A DNA stretch of 64,000 bases, taken from positions 67,726-131,725 of the forward strand of contig JAZQVN010000035.1 in NCBI GenBank assembly GCA_045631885.1, given 5' to 3'. The translations under genes and the position numbers were made by a program. The stretch's first letter is position 1; each line of letters begins with the position of its first letter. Of this stretch, positions 48,481 through 56,732 are shown in pieces. This DNA is from Bacilli bacterium (GTDB lineage: Bacteria > Bacillota_I > Bacilli_A > RFN20 > CAG-826). The notes beneath the pieces are model-generated. The model was given only the letters and a program-made list of their open reading frames with translations, was not told the DNA's origin and did no database searches.

Positions 48481-48771
48481 ATGAGAGAAGAATTATTAAA
48501 AGGTTTAAGCAAACAACAACTTGAAAAAGCAAGCAAATGTAAAAACAAAAATGAATTACTTGCTCTTGCCAAAGAAGAAGGCGTGGAATTAACCAGCGAA
48601 CAACTCGAAGCTGTTTCCGGTGGTGCTTGTAGCCCTCATCAACAATTCCGCACAACAGCGTGCCCACAATGTGGTGAACAAATGCAAGGGGAATTCGTAG
48701 AAACCACCCCAGGTGATGGTAAATATCATTTCGTTTGTAAACATTGCGGTTTCGAATGGTTTGAAAAATAA
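48481..48771 (+). CDS. Nif11-like double-glycine leader fused to a zinc-ribbon-like Cys-rich core (96 aa)
   Basis: Leader: MREELLKGLSKQQLEKASKCKNKNELLALAKEEGVELTSEQLEAVSGG. Core: ACSPHQQFRTTACPQCGEQMQGEFVETTPGDGKYHFVCKHCGFEWFEK (CPQC...CKHC knuckles). Lies 54 nt after the NTase gene, and the two share one terminator. Confidence 0.65.
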   Translation: MREELLKGLSKQQLEKASKCKNKNELLALAKEEGVELTSEQLEAVSGGACSPHQQFRTTACPQCGEQMQGEFVETTPGDGKYHFVCKHCGFEWFEK

Positions 48772-48812
48772 TCATTAAAGACCACTAATATGAATATTAG
48801 AAGGGAATAGTT

Positions 48813-48839
48813 TTTGCTATTCCCTTTTTAACAAAATAT
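48813..48839 (+). terminator. Terminator of the NTase / leader-peptide operon
   Basis: GGGAATAG-tttttg-CTATTCCC hairpin followed by TTTTT. Confidence 0.75.
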
Positions 48840-48920
48840 AGCAATTTCCCCCGTCTTGATACGACTAGGTCATCGCGAAGCCATCAAGATTATATTTTCT
48901 CAAAAAGTGCCCTCCGCCAG

Positions 48921-49011
48921 TTGTCCAATTTTGCCACGACTACTTCGACGACGACCATTCTCCTGAAAAGCACGAAACCGACTCTCCGAAGCGGTACTGA
49001 CTTCAGTAATC
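48921..49011 (+). repeat. ~92-nt islet repeat, copy 3 (diverged, with indels)
   Basis: Shares TTGTCC, GACGACGACCATTCTCC, CCGACTCTCCGA (12/12 with copy 2) and GACTTCAGTAATC blocks. Its right end overlaps the last codons and stop of the 49003..49479 gene. Confidence 0.6.
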
Positions 49012-49479
49012 CGTTTTTTCCTTAACCACGATTCGGGATTCGTCAATGTAGCAATCGTCGCCATTCACGTAGCATTCCAAAACCATGTCGGGCTTAAGAA
49101 GCACAGCGTCTTTGTAACTAATATATAGCGAATGCATGAACTGGTTACCCGAATCCCCGCGAAAAGAAACGATAAGTTGGTATCCGTTTCTAACGCGCAA
49201 AACGTTATGCACTTTGCATTCCGTCTTTCTACCGATTTGCATGATTTTTCGACTTTGTCCGCCTTTAATAAGCATCAACAAACCAACTCCCACTAATAGC
49301 AAAGGGGCAAAACCGCCTGCGATTAAAGGAAACAAATAAAGTGGCATTATAAAGCTCTCCATACGGCTGGAAACATAAACCAGAACAACAGTAACGACTG
49401 CAGAAAACACGCCAGCAACCAAACCAAATATCAGTAATAATAGACCGCCTGTACGATTTCCTTGATTCTTCATTTTCAC
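49003..49479 (-). CDS. Membrane protein with a C-terminal soluble beta-rich domain; compositionally foreign
   Basis: 158-aa ORF with 2-3 N-terminal TM helices. Its codon usage is visibly richer in G/C than its neighbours, and it uses a TGA stop. Confidence 0.55.
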   Translation of the reverse strand: MKMKNQGNRTGGLLLLIFGLVAGVFSAVVTVVLVYVSSRMESFIMPLYLFPLIAGGFAPLLLVGVGLLMLIKGGQSRKIMQIGRKTECKVHNVLRVRNGYQLIVSFRGDSGNQFMHSLYISYKDAVLLKPDMVLECYVNGDDCYIDESRIVVKEKTDY

Positions 49480-49547
49480 ACCTCCAGGATGGTTTGCTAT
49501 CTTCGATAGCTATAAAAAATATACAGCATTCCTTTTCGTGCATCAAG

Positions 49548-49592
49548 AAAAAAGCCGCCCATAATGGACGACTTTTGCTGCTTTTTGACGTT
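49548..49592 (-). terminator. rpsR terminator; right copy of the 45-bp direct repeat
   Basis: Lies 5 nt after the rpsR stop. Minus strand GTCGTCCAT/ATGGGCGGC stem followed by TTTTTT. Confidence 0.8.
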
Positions 49593-49597
49593 ACTAA

Positions 49598-49825
49598 TTA
49601 GTCAGCAACGTATGGGAGAAGAGCCATGAATCTTGCATTTTTGATTGCTTTAGCAACTTCTCTTTGATGTTTCGCACATGTGCCTGTTGCTCTACGGCTG
49701 GAAATTTTGCCGTTAGGAGTAATCATGGATTTTAATGTTTCAACATCTTTGTAATCAATGAATTTTGATTTAGATTTGCAGAACACACAAACTTTCTTGT
49801 GTGGTCTCACTTTTTTGAATGCCAT
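49598..49825 (-). CDS. rpsR: 30S ribosomal protein S18
   Basis: KKVCVFC...IDYKDV..L...I...GKI..RR.TG.CAKHQR. Confidence 0.95.
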   Translation of the reverse strand: MAFKKVRPHKKVCVFCKSKSKFIDYKDVETLKSMITPNGKISSRRATGTCAKHQREVAKAIKNARFMALLPYVAD

Positions 49826-49845
49826 ATTTCTTTTCCTTTCTAAAA

Positions 49846-50277
49846 TTAGAATGGAAGATCGTCATCTGGTAAATCTAATGTGTCTAGATTTCTGCTATCA
49901 ACGCTTTCTGCTGGTGTGTCATCGAAGACTGGTGTTTCACCTTCTTCAGCACGATCACCTTTTGGTTCTAAGAATTGAACTGAGTCACAAAGAACTTCAA
50001 TAACGCTTCCTTTGGAACCATCTTGGCGTTGGAAGTTACGTTGATTAAGACGACCTTCTACACCTACCAATGAACCTTTTCTTGTGAACTTAACCATATT
50101 GTCAGCGGTTTGTTGGAAACAAACGCAAGAAACGAATGTTGTGCTTCTTGTACCGTCAGGATTTTTTTGACGGTTATCCACTGCAACTGTGAATGTGGCT
50201 AATGAACTACCAGATGTGGTTCTTTTGAGTTCTGGGTCACGAGTAATGCGACCGACTAAAACTACACGATTAATCAT
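49846..50277 (-). CDS. ssb: Single-stranded DNA-binding protein
   Basis: [20 protein letters not shown] fold and acidic tail ending DDDLPF. Confidence 0.95.
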   Translation of the reverse strand: MINRVVLVGRITRDPELKRTTSGSSLATFTVAVDNRQKNPDGTRSTTFVSCVCFQQTADNMVKFTRKGSLVGVEGRLNQRNFQRQDGSKGSVIEVLCDSVQFLEPKGDRAEEGETPVFDDTPAESVDSRNLDTLDLPDDDLPF

Positions 50278-50291
50278 AAATGATTTCCTCC

Positions 50292-50582
50292 TTATTCGTG
50301 GTCGACGACAACTAAATGGCGTAACACACTAGGATTGTGACGAACTTTACGATTGAATTGGTACAATGCTTGATCGTCTGCGGACACTTTGATGACGACG
50401 TAGAAGCCTTTAACTTCATCCTTGATTGGATAAGCAAGGTCACGTAAGCCCATGGATTCGTCAACTTTCTTTACTTCAGCACCGTTTTCGGTGAGTAAAG
50501 CGTGTAACTTTTCCATCTCAGCTGCGCGGCCGGCTTCGTCTAAGTCAGCTTTCAAAATGTACATAATTTCGTAATTGCGCAT
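50292..50582 (-). CDS. rpsF: 30S ribosomal protein S6
   Basis: MRNYEIMYILKADLDE... Confidence 0.93.
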   Translation of the reverse strand: MRNYEIMYILKADLDEAGRAAEMEKLHALLTENGAEVKKVDESMGLRDLAYPIKDEVKGFYVVIKVSADDQALYQFNRKVRHNPSVLRHLVVVDHE

Positions 50583-50608
50583 TTTTAATACCTCCCTTTG
50601 GTCTTCTG

Positions 50609-50630
50609 GCTATTTATAGAACTAAATAGC
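50609..50630 (-). promoter_or_regulatory. Hairpin in the rpsF 5' leader (possible S6:S18 autoregulatory element)
   Basis: GCTATTTA-tagaac-TAAATAGC, 27-48 nt upstream of the rpsF ATG. A TATAAT box on the minus strand lies at 50658-50663. Confidence 0.3.
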
Positions 50631-50867
50631 AGAGAGTTTGCTAAGATTAGCACATGTATTATACAGGCACGCATAATAAATGTAAAGTTATCTTTTAACC
50701 ATATATTTGCCGTACATAAATATATAGGTAAAAAAGAGCAATTTTGTTTCACACTTTTTTTCAAAGGAACAATTAAAGTTCCTTTATTTTTTTATGAAAA
50801 ATGAGGTTTTCAAACTTTGATATAATCAAAAATTTTGGGGGCTTTTTTACTTAACAAAACCGCACAA

Positions 50868-50890
50868 AAAAGGCGGGTTTTGCCCGCGAT
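50868..50890 (-). terminator. lysS terminator
   Basis: Minus strand GCGGG-caaaa-CCCGC followed by TTTTTT. Confidence 0.65.
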
Positions 50891-50910
50891 TTTTGTATTT
50901 TTAATTGTTT

Positions 50911-52398
50911 TTATTTGTCTCTCATTGTTGGGAATAAGATGACTTCTCTGACTTGGCTTTGGTTAGTTAATAACATGACGAGTCTATCGATTCCCATGCC
51001 CACTCCACCAGTTGGGGCCATGCCATATTCAAGAGCTTGAACAAAGTCTTCATCAATTTCACAAGCTTCATCATCACCATTAGCTTTGGCTCTAGCTTGA
51101 GCTTCAAATCTTTCTCTTTGATCGATTGGATCATTTAACTCTGTGTACGCATTTGCGAGCTCACGGCCATTAACGAATAGTTCAAATCTTTGAGTGAATC
51201 TTGGATCTTTATCTTTCTTGGTTAATGGAGAAACTTCGATTGGATATTGATAAACGAATGTTGGTTGAATGAGGTCATCTTGGCATAGTTCTTCAAAGAT
51301 TTCGTTCATCACATATCCGATTGTATTTTTGAAATTATCTAAACGGACGCCTAATCTATCAGCGATAGCTTTGGCTTCTTCGAATGAATGGACATCGTTA
51401 ATAAAATCGATTCCGGTTTTTTCTTTCACTAAATCATTCATGGAAATCCATTTGAATGGTGATTTGAAATCAATGACTTTATCTTGATATGTCACCATTG
51501 GTGAACCTGTGACATCTTTCGCAGCTTGTCTAATCATCTTTTCGGTTAACGCACCGATGCCTCTTAAATCTGTATATGCTTGATAAATTTCAATAGAGGT
51601 AAATTCTGGGTTATGGGAAGCATCCATACCTTCATTTCTGAAAAGTCTACCAATCTCATAAACTCTTTCCATGCCACCAACGATTAATCTTTTAAGATTA
51701 AGTTCAGTCGCAATTCTCAAATAGAAGTCTTTATCTAAAGTATTGTGGTGAGTGATGAATGGTCTTGCGGCAGCGCCACCTAAAATTGGATTTAAGATTG
51801 AAGTTTCAACTTCAACGAATCCTTGATTGTCTAAGAATCTTTGAATACTTCTAATTGTCGCAGGTCTAGCGAAAGCAACCTTCTTAGATTCATCATTAAC
51901 GATTAAGTCTAAATATCTTCTACGGCTTCTTTCTTCGATATCAGTTAAGCCATGGAATTTCTCTGGAAGAGGATGTAAACATTTGGTTAAGTGTGTGTAT
52001 TTTTCCGCGCGAATAGTGATTTCACCAGTTCTAGTGAGCATAACTCTACCTTTAACACCGACGATATCTCCAATATCCGCTAAACGGAAAAGGTCATAGG
52101 ATTTCTTTCCTACAACATCAATACCAATATAAGATTGGATGTTGCCTGTTTTATCTTGGATATTGATAAAAGAAGCTTTACCCATTCTACGAATGGCCAT
52201 AATTCTACCAGCAACAGAAACAACTAAGTTCATCTTATCAACGGCTTTGCCTTGTTTCTTGCCAACTAATTTTCTAATTTCTGAAACGTGATGACTTACT
52301 TTATAAGCGTGTCCAAATGGATCAATACCCATTTCTTGGTATTTTGCTAACTTCTCACGTCTAACTTGTTCTTGGTCGTTTAATTCACGGTTATCCAT
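50911..52398 (-). CDS. lysS: Lysine--tRNA ligase (class II)
   Basis: MDNRELNDQEQVRREKL start with GGAGGGG 5-7 nt upstream, and class II motifs (FRNEG, GGVGMGIDRL). Confidence 0.95.
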   Translation of the reverse strand: MDNRELNDQEQVRREKLAKYQEMGIDPFGHAYKVSHHVSEIRKLVGKKQGKAVDKMNLVVSVAGRIMAIRRMGKASFINIQDKTGNIQSYIGIDVVGKKSYDLFRLADIGDIVGVKGRVMLTRTGEITIRAEKYTHLTKCLHPLPEKFHGLTDIEERSRRRYLDLIVNDESKKVAFARPATIRSIQRFLDNQGFVEVETSILNPILGGAAARPFITHHNTLDKDFYLRIATELNLKRLIVGGMERVYEIGRLFRNEGMDASHNPEFTSIEIYQAYTDLRGIGALTEKMIRQAAKDVTGSPMVTYQDKVIDFKSPFKWISMNDLVKEKTGIDFINDVHSFEEAKAIADRLGVRLDNFKNTIGYVMNEIFEELCQDDLIQPTFVYQYPIEVSPLTKKDKDPRFTQRFELFVNGRELANAYTELNDPIDQRERFEAQARAKANGDDEACEIDEDFVQALEYGMAPTGGVGMGIDRLVMLLTNQSQVREVILFPTMRDK

Positions 52399-52460
52399 AA
52401 TTTCCCCTCCAAAATCAATAAATATCTTACTCAATAATTTGACTTTTTCATAGTCATAAA

Positions 52461-53441
52461 TTATTGCATAACAATTTCTTCTTTTATCTCTTCTAGTATT
52501 CGTACAAGAGATTCTCTATTTGTCAATTCCATTGACAGTCTGGCTTTATATTTCTTCACATTTCTAAATCCGTTAAAGAATTTACTAGCGATACCTCGAT
52601 ACATTCTCATCGCGACCGCTTCACCTTTTTCTTTGATGTAGTAGTCGGCTAAAGAGAGGCAATAGTCAATTTGCGTTAACATATCAACGGATTCTAATCT
52701 CTCCCCAGAACGATAATAATGGTCAATTTGTTTGATGAGCCAAGGATTACCAACACCACCTCTAGCCACCATAATAGCATCCGCTCCTGTGATATCTTTT
52801 GCGTTAATTGCATCATCAAGAGTGTAGATATTTCCAGATATGATTAATGGCACATTCATCTTGCTTCTTAAATCTTTTAGTAGGTCAAATCTAGGTTCTC
52901 CAGCATAGAGTTGTTTTCTCGTTCTCGCGTGGATACCAATCGCGTCCACTCCAGCCTTTTCTAACTCCTCAATTACTTCCATAAAATTGATAGTCTGGTT
53001 ATCCCATCCTAACCTGATTTTCGCGGTGATTGGAAGAGAGATTTCTTCCTTTAATCGACGGACTATTTCACCACATAATTTAGGGTCTTTCATTAGGGCG
53101 GAACCAGATCCAGAATTAGTAACTTTTGGAACTGGACAACCCATATTTAAATCGAAAAAATCAATATTTGGATTGAGTTTTAACGCTAATTTTGCGGCTT
53201 TTACTATATTTTCTGGGTCATGACCAAACAGTTGAACACCAGTTGGATGACTCTCTGGATAGATGACATAAACATTGGTTTTATCATTATCGTAAATTAG
53301 CCCCATATCACTGACCATTTCAGTAACAGAAACAGCCACACCAAAAGGCTTCATGAAATCGCGATAACCCCATGAAGTTATTCCTGCCATTGGAGCGAGC
53401 ATCACCACTCCATCAATATTAATATTTCCAATCTTCCACAT
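52461..53441 (-). CDS. dusB: tRNA-dihydrouridine synthase
   Basis: LAPMAGIT..., MGCP, IHARTR blocks. Confidence 0.88.
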   Translation of the reverse strand: MWKIGNINIDGVVMLAPMAGITSWGYRDFMKPFGVAVSVTEMVSDMGLIYDNDKTNVYVIYPESHPTGVQLFGHDPENIVKAAKLALKLNPNIDFFDLNMGCPVPKVTNSGSGSALMKDPKLCGEIVRRLKEEISLPITAKIRLGWDNQTINFMEVIEELEKAGVDAIGIHARTRKQLYAGEPRFDLLKDLRSKMNVPLIISGNIYTLDDAINAKDITGADAIMVARGGVGNPWLIKQIDHYYRSGERLESVDMLTQIDYCLSLADYYIKEKGEAVAMRMYRGIASKFFNGFRNVKKYKARLSMELTNRESLVRILEEIKEEIVMQ

Positions 53442-53465
53442 AAGGAAAAGAGAGGTTATCCCCTC

Positions 53466-55454
53466 TTATTTATCTCCTTTATCATTTGCTGGAGCTTCAT
53501 CTCTTTTAAGATGTCTATTGACTAACAAGTAATCAATTTCTTCAGCAGTGATTTGCTCATGTTCGAGAAGAGTCTTAGCGATGAGGATAACGTCTTCCTT
53601 ATTCTCTTTGATAATCTTTCTCGCTTCTTCATGAGCGGTTTCAATAATCTTTCTCACTTCCGCATCAATCTTAGTCGCGGTTTCAACTGAGAAGTTCTTT
53701 TGAGAGTTGGTATAGTCTCTTCCTAAGAAGACACTTCCTGTATCTCTTTCATATTGAATTGGGCCTAATTCAGACATACCTAATTCGCACACCATAACGC
53801 GGGCGATTTGGGTTGCCATTTCGATATCGTTTTGGGCACCACTAGAGATATCTTCAAAGAAGATTTCTTCACTAGTTCTACCGCCTAAGTATCCAACGAT
53901 ACGAGCCTCTAATTCTTTCTTAGTCAATAAGAAACGATCTTCTTCTGGTGTCATACGGACGTGGCCGCCTGTATTACCACGAGGAATAATTGTAATCTTT
54001 TGAACTTTATCACTATGTGGGTTCTTAATACCAATAATGGCGTGACCAGCTTCGTGATAAGCGATGATTTCTCTTTCGTGTTCGTTAAGAGCGCGTGAAG
54101 TTTTGGCTGGACCAGCGATACGACGATCGATGGATTCATCGATATCATCGATAGTGATTTCTTTTTCACCTTTACGAATCGCTAAGATTGCCGCTTCGTT
54201 CATGATATTTTCAATATCAGCACCGGAGAAGCCAACTGTTCTTCTAGAAATAGCAGCGAAGTCGACATCTGGAGCAAGGGTCTTGCCTCTAGAATGGACT
54301 TTAAAGATTTCTTCTCTGCCTTTTCTATCTGGTAAAGAGACGGTAATTTTTCTATCGAAACGACCCGCTCTTAAAAGGGCTGGATCGAGAACGTCATCAC
54401 GGTTTGTCGCAGCAATGACGATGATACCGGAGTTATCATTGAAGCCATCCATTTCAACGAGTAATTGGTTAAGGGTTTGTTCTCTTTCATCGTTTCCACC
54501 ACCTAAACCAGCGCCTCTTTGTCTGCCAACAGCATCGATTTCATCGATGAAGACTAAACATGGAGCGTTTTGTTTCGCGGTTTTGAACATATCTCTAACA
54601 CGTCCCGCACCGACACCGACGAACATTTCGACGAAGTCAGAACCGGAAATGCTAAAGAACGGAACACCGGCTTCACCAGCAACAGCTTTTGCTAATAAAG
54701 TTTTACCACATCCTGGAGGGCCTACTAATAAAACACCTTTTGGTAATTTGGCACCGAATTCTGTGAATTTGTGTGGATCTTTTAAGTAATCCACTAATTC
54801 TTTCATCTCGGCCTTTTCTTCATCAGCGCCAGCGACATCATCAAATCTGACTTTGCTGTTTTTCTCTCTACGGGCTCTTGATTTATTAAATTCAAGGGCT
54901 TGGCTATTACTTGCGCCAACAGATCTAGATAATCTAGAGAATAAGAAGATAACAACGACAGCACTACCAATCAACATTAACAATGTTGGTCCCCATTGAT
55001 CCCACCAGTTGGTGACATATGGGTCAGTGACATAATTTTCTTCAATAGAAGATTTCTTGTCTAAAACTAATTGATAAATTTTAACGTTATCTAAAGGAAG
55101 TGCTGTTTCTTTAGCGTTATCAGAGTAATAAACATAGTTATTGAATTGGTTGTAATAAACATCATAGTTTAAAACGAGCTCATAACTCTTGGAACGTTTG
55201 TTAGTTTTCGCGGTTTGATCGGCATAATATCTACCGGTAATCTTAACAACTGTTTGTTCTTTTGGGGTTTCATAAATCGTGACGATACGATCGTTTTCAA
55301 GTGCATTAATAAAACTTTGTTGATTCAAAGTGTCTGCTCTATTGAGATTGTTCAATAAAAGAACAACGGTAACAATAATCGAAATAACAAATAAAAAAGA
55401 AAGTAAAAGTCCAAAGGACGAACGTCTACGAACTGGATTAGGTTCTTCTGCCAT
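53466..55454 (-). CDS. ftsH: ATP-dependent zinc metalloprotease FtsH
   Basis: GPPGCGKTLLAKA, DEIDA, HEAGHA. Confidence 0.97.
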   Translation of the reverse strand: MAEEPNPVRRRSSFGLLLSFLFVISIIVTVVLLLNNLNRADTLNQQSFINALENDRIVTIYETPKEQTVVKITGRYYADQTAKTNKRSKSYELVLNYDVYYNQFNNYVYYSDNAKETALPLDNVKIYQLVLDKKSSIEENYVTDPYVTNWWDQWGPTLLMLIGSAVVVIFLFSRLSRSVGASNSQALEFNKSRARREKNSKVRFDDVAGADEEKAEMKELVDYLKDPHKFTEFGAKLPKGVLLVGPPGCGKTLLAKAVAGEAGVPFFSISGSDFVEMFVGVGAGRVRDMFKTAKQNAPCLVFIDEIDAVGRQRGAGLGGGNDEREQTLNQLLVEMDGFNDNSGIIVIAATNRDDVLDPALLRAGRFDRKITVSLPDRKGREEIFKVHSRGKTLAPDVDFAAISRRTVGFSGADIENIMNEAAILAIRKGEKEITIDDIDESIDRRIAGPAKTSRALNEHEREIIAYHEAGHAIIGIKNPHSDKVQKITIIPRGNTGGHVRMTPEEDRFLLTKKELEARIVGYLGGRTSEEIFFEDISSGAQNDIEMATQIARVMVCELGMSELGPIQYERDTGSVFLGRDYTNSQKNFSVETATKIDAEVRKIIETAHEEARKIIKENKEDVILIAKTLLEHEQITAEEIDYLLVNRHLKRDEAPANDKGDK

Positions 55455-55529
55455 AAATTACCTCCATTTCGCACATCAAGCGAATTATTATTATTATATA
55501 TTATTTTGCTTTCAAAGAAAGTAAAACGC

Positions 55530-56732
55530 TCACTTAATATAAAAATTGCAGTTTTTGTCAGGGATAAAATCCCATCTATAACGAGGAATGTAAATGATTA
55601 CACCATCTTTGTTCACAATAATCGGCCATCTCATTCTTAACGATAAAGGCATTTTCCAATCGATAAATAATCTTCTCACAGAAACAACATAGTTCTTGAT
55701 TTGATATTTATCGCCTTTTTGATATGTCCTAATTGTTAAAGGGTAGTCATCTAACTTCACATTGCGGTTTGAAGTATCTCCTAAGAAGTTGAGGTGGAAA
55801 TATTCATTGTCCATTTCACAGGGCTCATTTAGGACAAAATTAAAATGCACTCTTAATGGTTTGACTAATTCAATTTTGTCATAGCTCTTTCTTAAAATAA
55901 TTCCGTATTGTAACGGGATATCGATATTACCGTTTGAGTTATTTAAAACGAGTCTAATCGCATGGATTTGTCTTAAAGAAATATGAAGTCTTCCATCCGC
56001 TTTTTTCGCTAACAAATTAAGGGCATACGCTAGTTCAATATCATCTAATTTTTTAAGAGTTTCAACATCATACAAATCGAGGTTTTCTAACTTCTTAAAC
56101 ATCGCATCTAGTTGAGAGTTTTTATCATTAATTTCTTTAACGATTTTTGCTCTTTCTTCTTTGCTCATTTTGCTCACTTGTTGATGGCGAATTCTGTTTC
56201 TTAAATAACGGTCTTCAAGGTTAGATGAATCAATCGCGAAAGGCACCTTGTTTTGTTCACAATATTTCAATAATTCTTGCTTCGAATAGTTGAACAAAGG
56301 ACGAATGATTAAAGTGTTATTAATAATTGTTTTTGGGCTAATTCCGTAAAAAACAGGGAGGTTTTGCCGCTTTTTTTGCATAATATACGTTTCAATCACA
56401 TCATCTTGGTTATGTGCGACAAGGACTGCATCGTATTTAAATTGTCTAGTTAATTCGGCGAAGAATTCATATCTAATTCGACGACATTCCGCTTCGACAT
56501 TTACCGCTGGAATTCCATAAATCAGATCCTTAATATGATAAGAAATATTTTGCTCTTGGCAGTATCTAATAAAGCCATTCATTTCATCGGTTGATTCTTC
56601 TCTTAAATGGTAATTAACTAGCGCAGCGGAAAACTGGATTTTTTCCTTTTTGAGCATAGCAAATAAGGCCATGGAATCAGGGCCAAATGAACAGGCTAAT
56701 AAATAGTTTTTCTTCTTATCTAGATTAATCAT
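55530..56732 (-). CDS. tilS: tRNA(Ile)-lysidine synthase
   Basis: PP-loop variant SFGPDSMAL and its position upstream of ftsH. No hpt gene lies between them here. Confidence 0.85.
   Translation of the reverse strand: MINLDKKKNYLLACSFGPDSMALFAMLKKEKIQFSAALVNYHLREESTDEMNGFIRYCQEQNISYHIKDLIYGIPAVNVEAECRRIRYEFFAELTRQFKYDAVLVAHNQDDVIETYIMQKKRQNLPVFYGISPKTIINNTLIIRPLFNYSKQELLKYCEQNKVPFAIDSSNLEDRYLRNRIRHQQVSKMSKEERAKIVKEINDKNSQLDAMFKKLENLDLYDVETLKKLDDIELAYALNLLAKKADGRLHISLRQIHAIRLVLNNSNGNIDIPLQYGIILRKSYDKIELVKPLRVHFNFVLNEPCEMDNEYFHLNFLGDTSNRNVKLDDYPLTIRTYQKGDKYQIKNYVVSVRRLFIDWKMPLSLRMRWPIIVNKDGVIIYIPRYRWDFIPDKNCNFYIK

Noticed and set aside
48449-48775. 108-aa minus-strand ORF overlapping the leader-peptide gene
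   Set aside because: It is antisense to an ORF that has a recognisable leader and zinc-ribbon pattern, an upstream RBS-like site and a plus-strand terminator. The minus-strand product is low in complexity and has no expression signals.
45532-49011. CRISPR array or integron attC interpretation of the three repeats
   Set aside because: The repeats are ~92 nt long and separated by 1.4-1.8 kb of gene-bearing DNA, not by 25-40-nt repeats with regular short spacers. I could not find RYYYAAC/GTTRRRY attC core sites at their ends. No cas or intI gene is present.
52399-52434. N-terminal extensions of listed ORFs (lysS 52434, LysR 41692, marR 62071, GtrA 26029, lipoprotein 45483, GPH 16855, AlkD-like 27362, DegV 4430, ParB-like 46212)
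   Set aside because: In most cases an internal ATG, often preceded by a good Shine-Dalgarno site, gives the conserved family N-terminus; DegV is an exception with no clear SD, chosen for the typical MKIAIS start alone. The extensions begin at TTG/GTG or add non-homologous residues. One of them is actually the -35 box.
54064-54789. 241-aa ORF on the plus strand inside ftsH
   Set aside because: It lies entirely antisense to the strongly supported ftsH gene. The sequence is Ser/Pro/Ala-rich and low in complexity, typical of a shadow frame, and it has no RBS.
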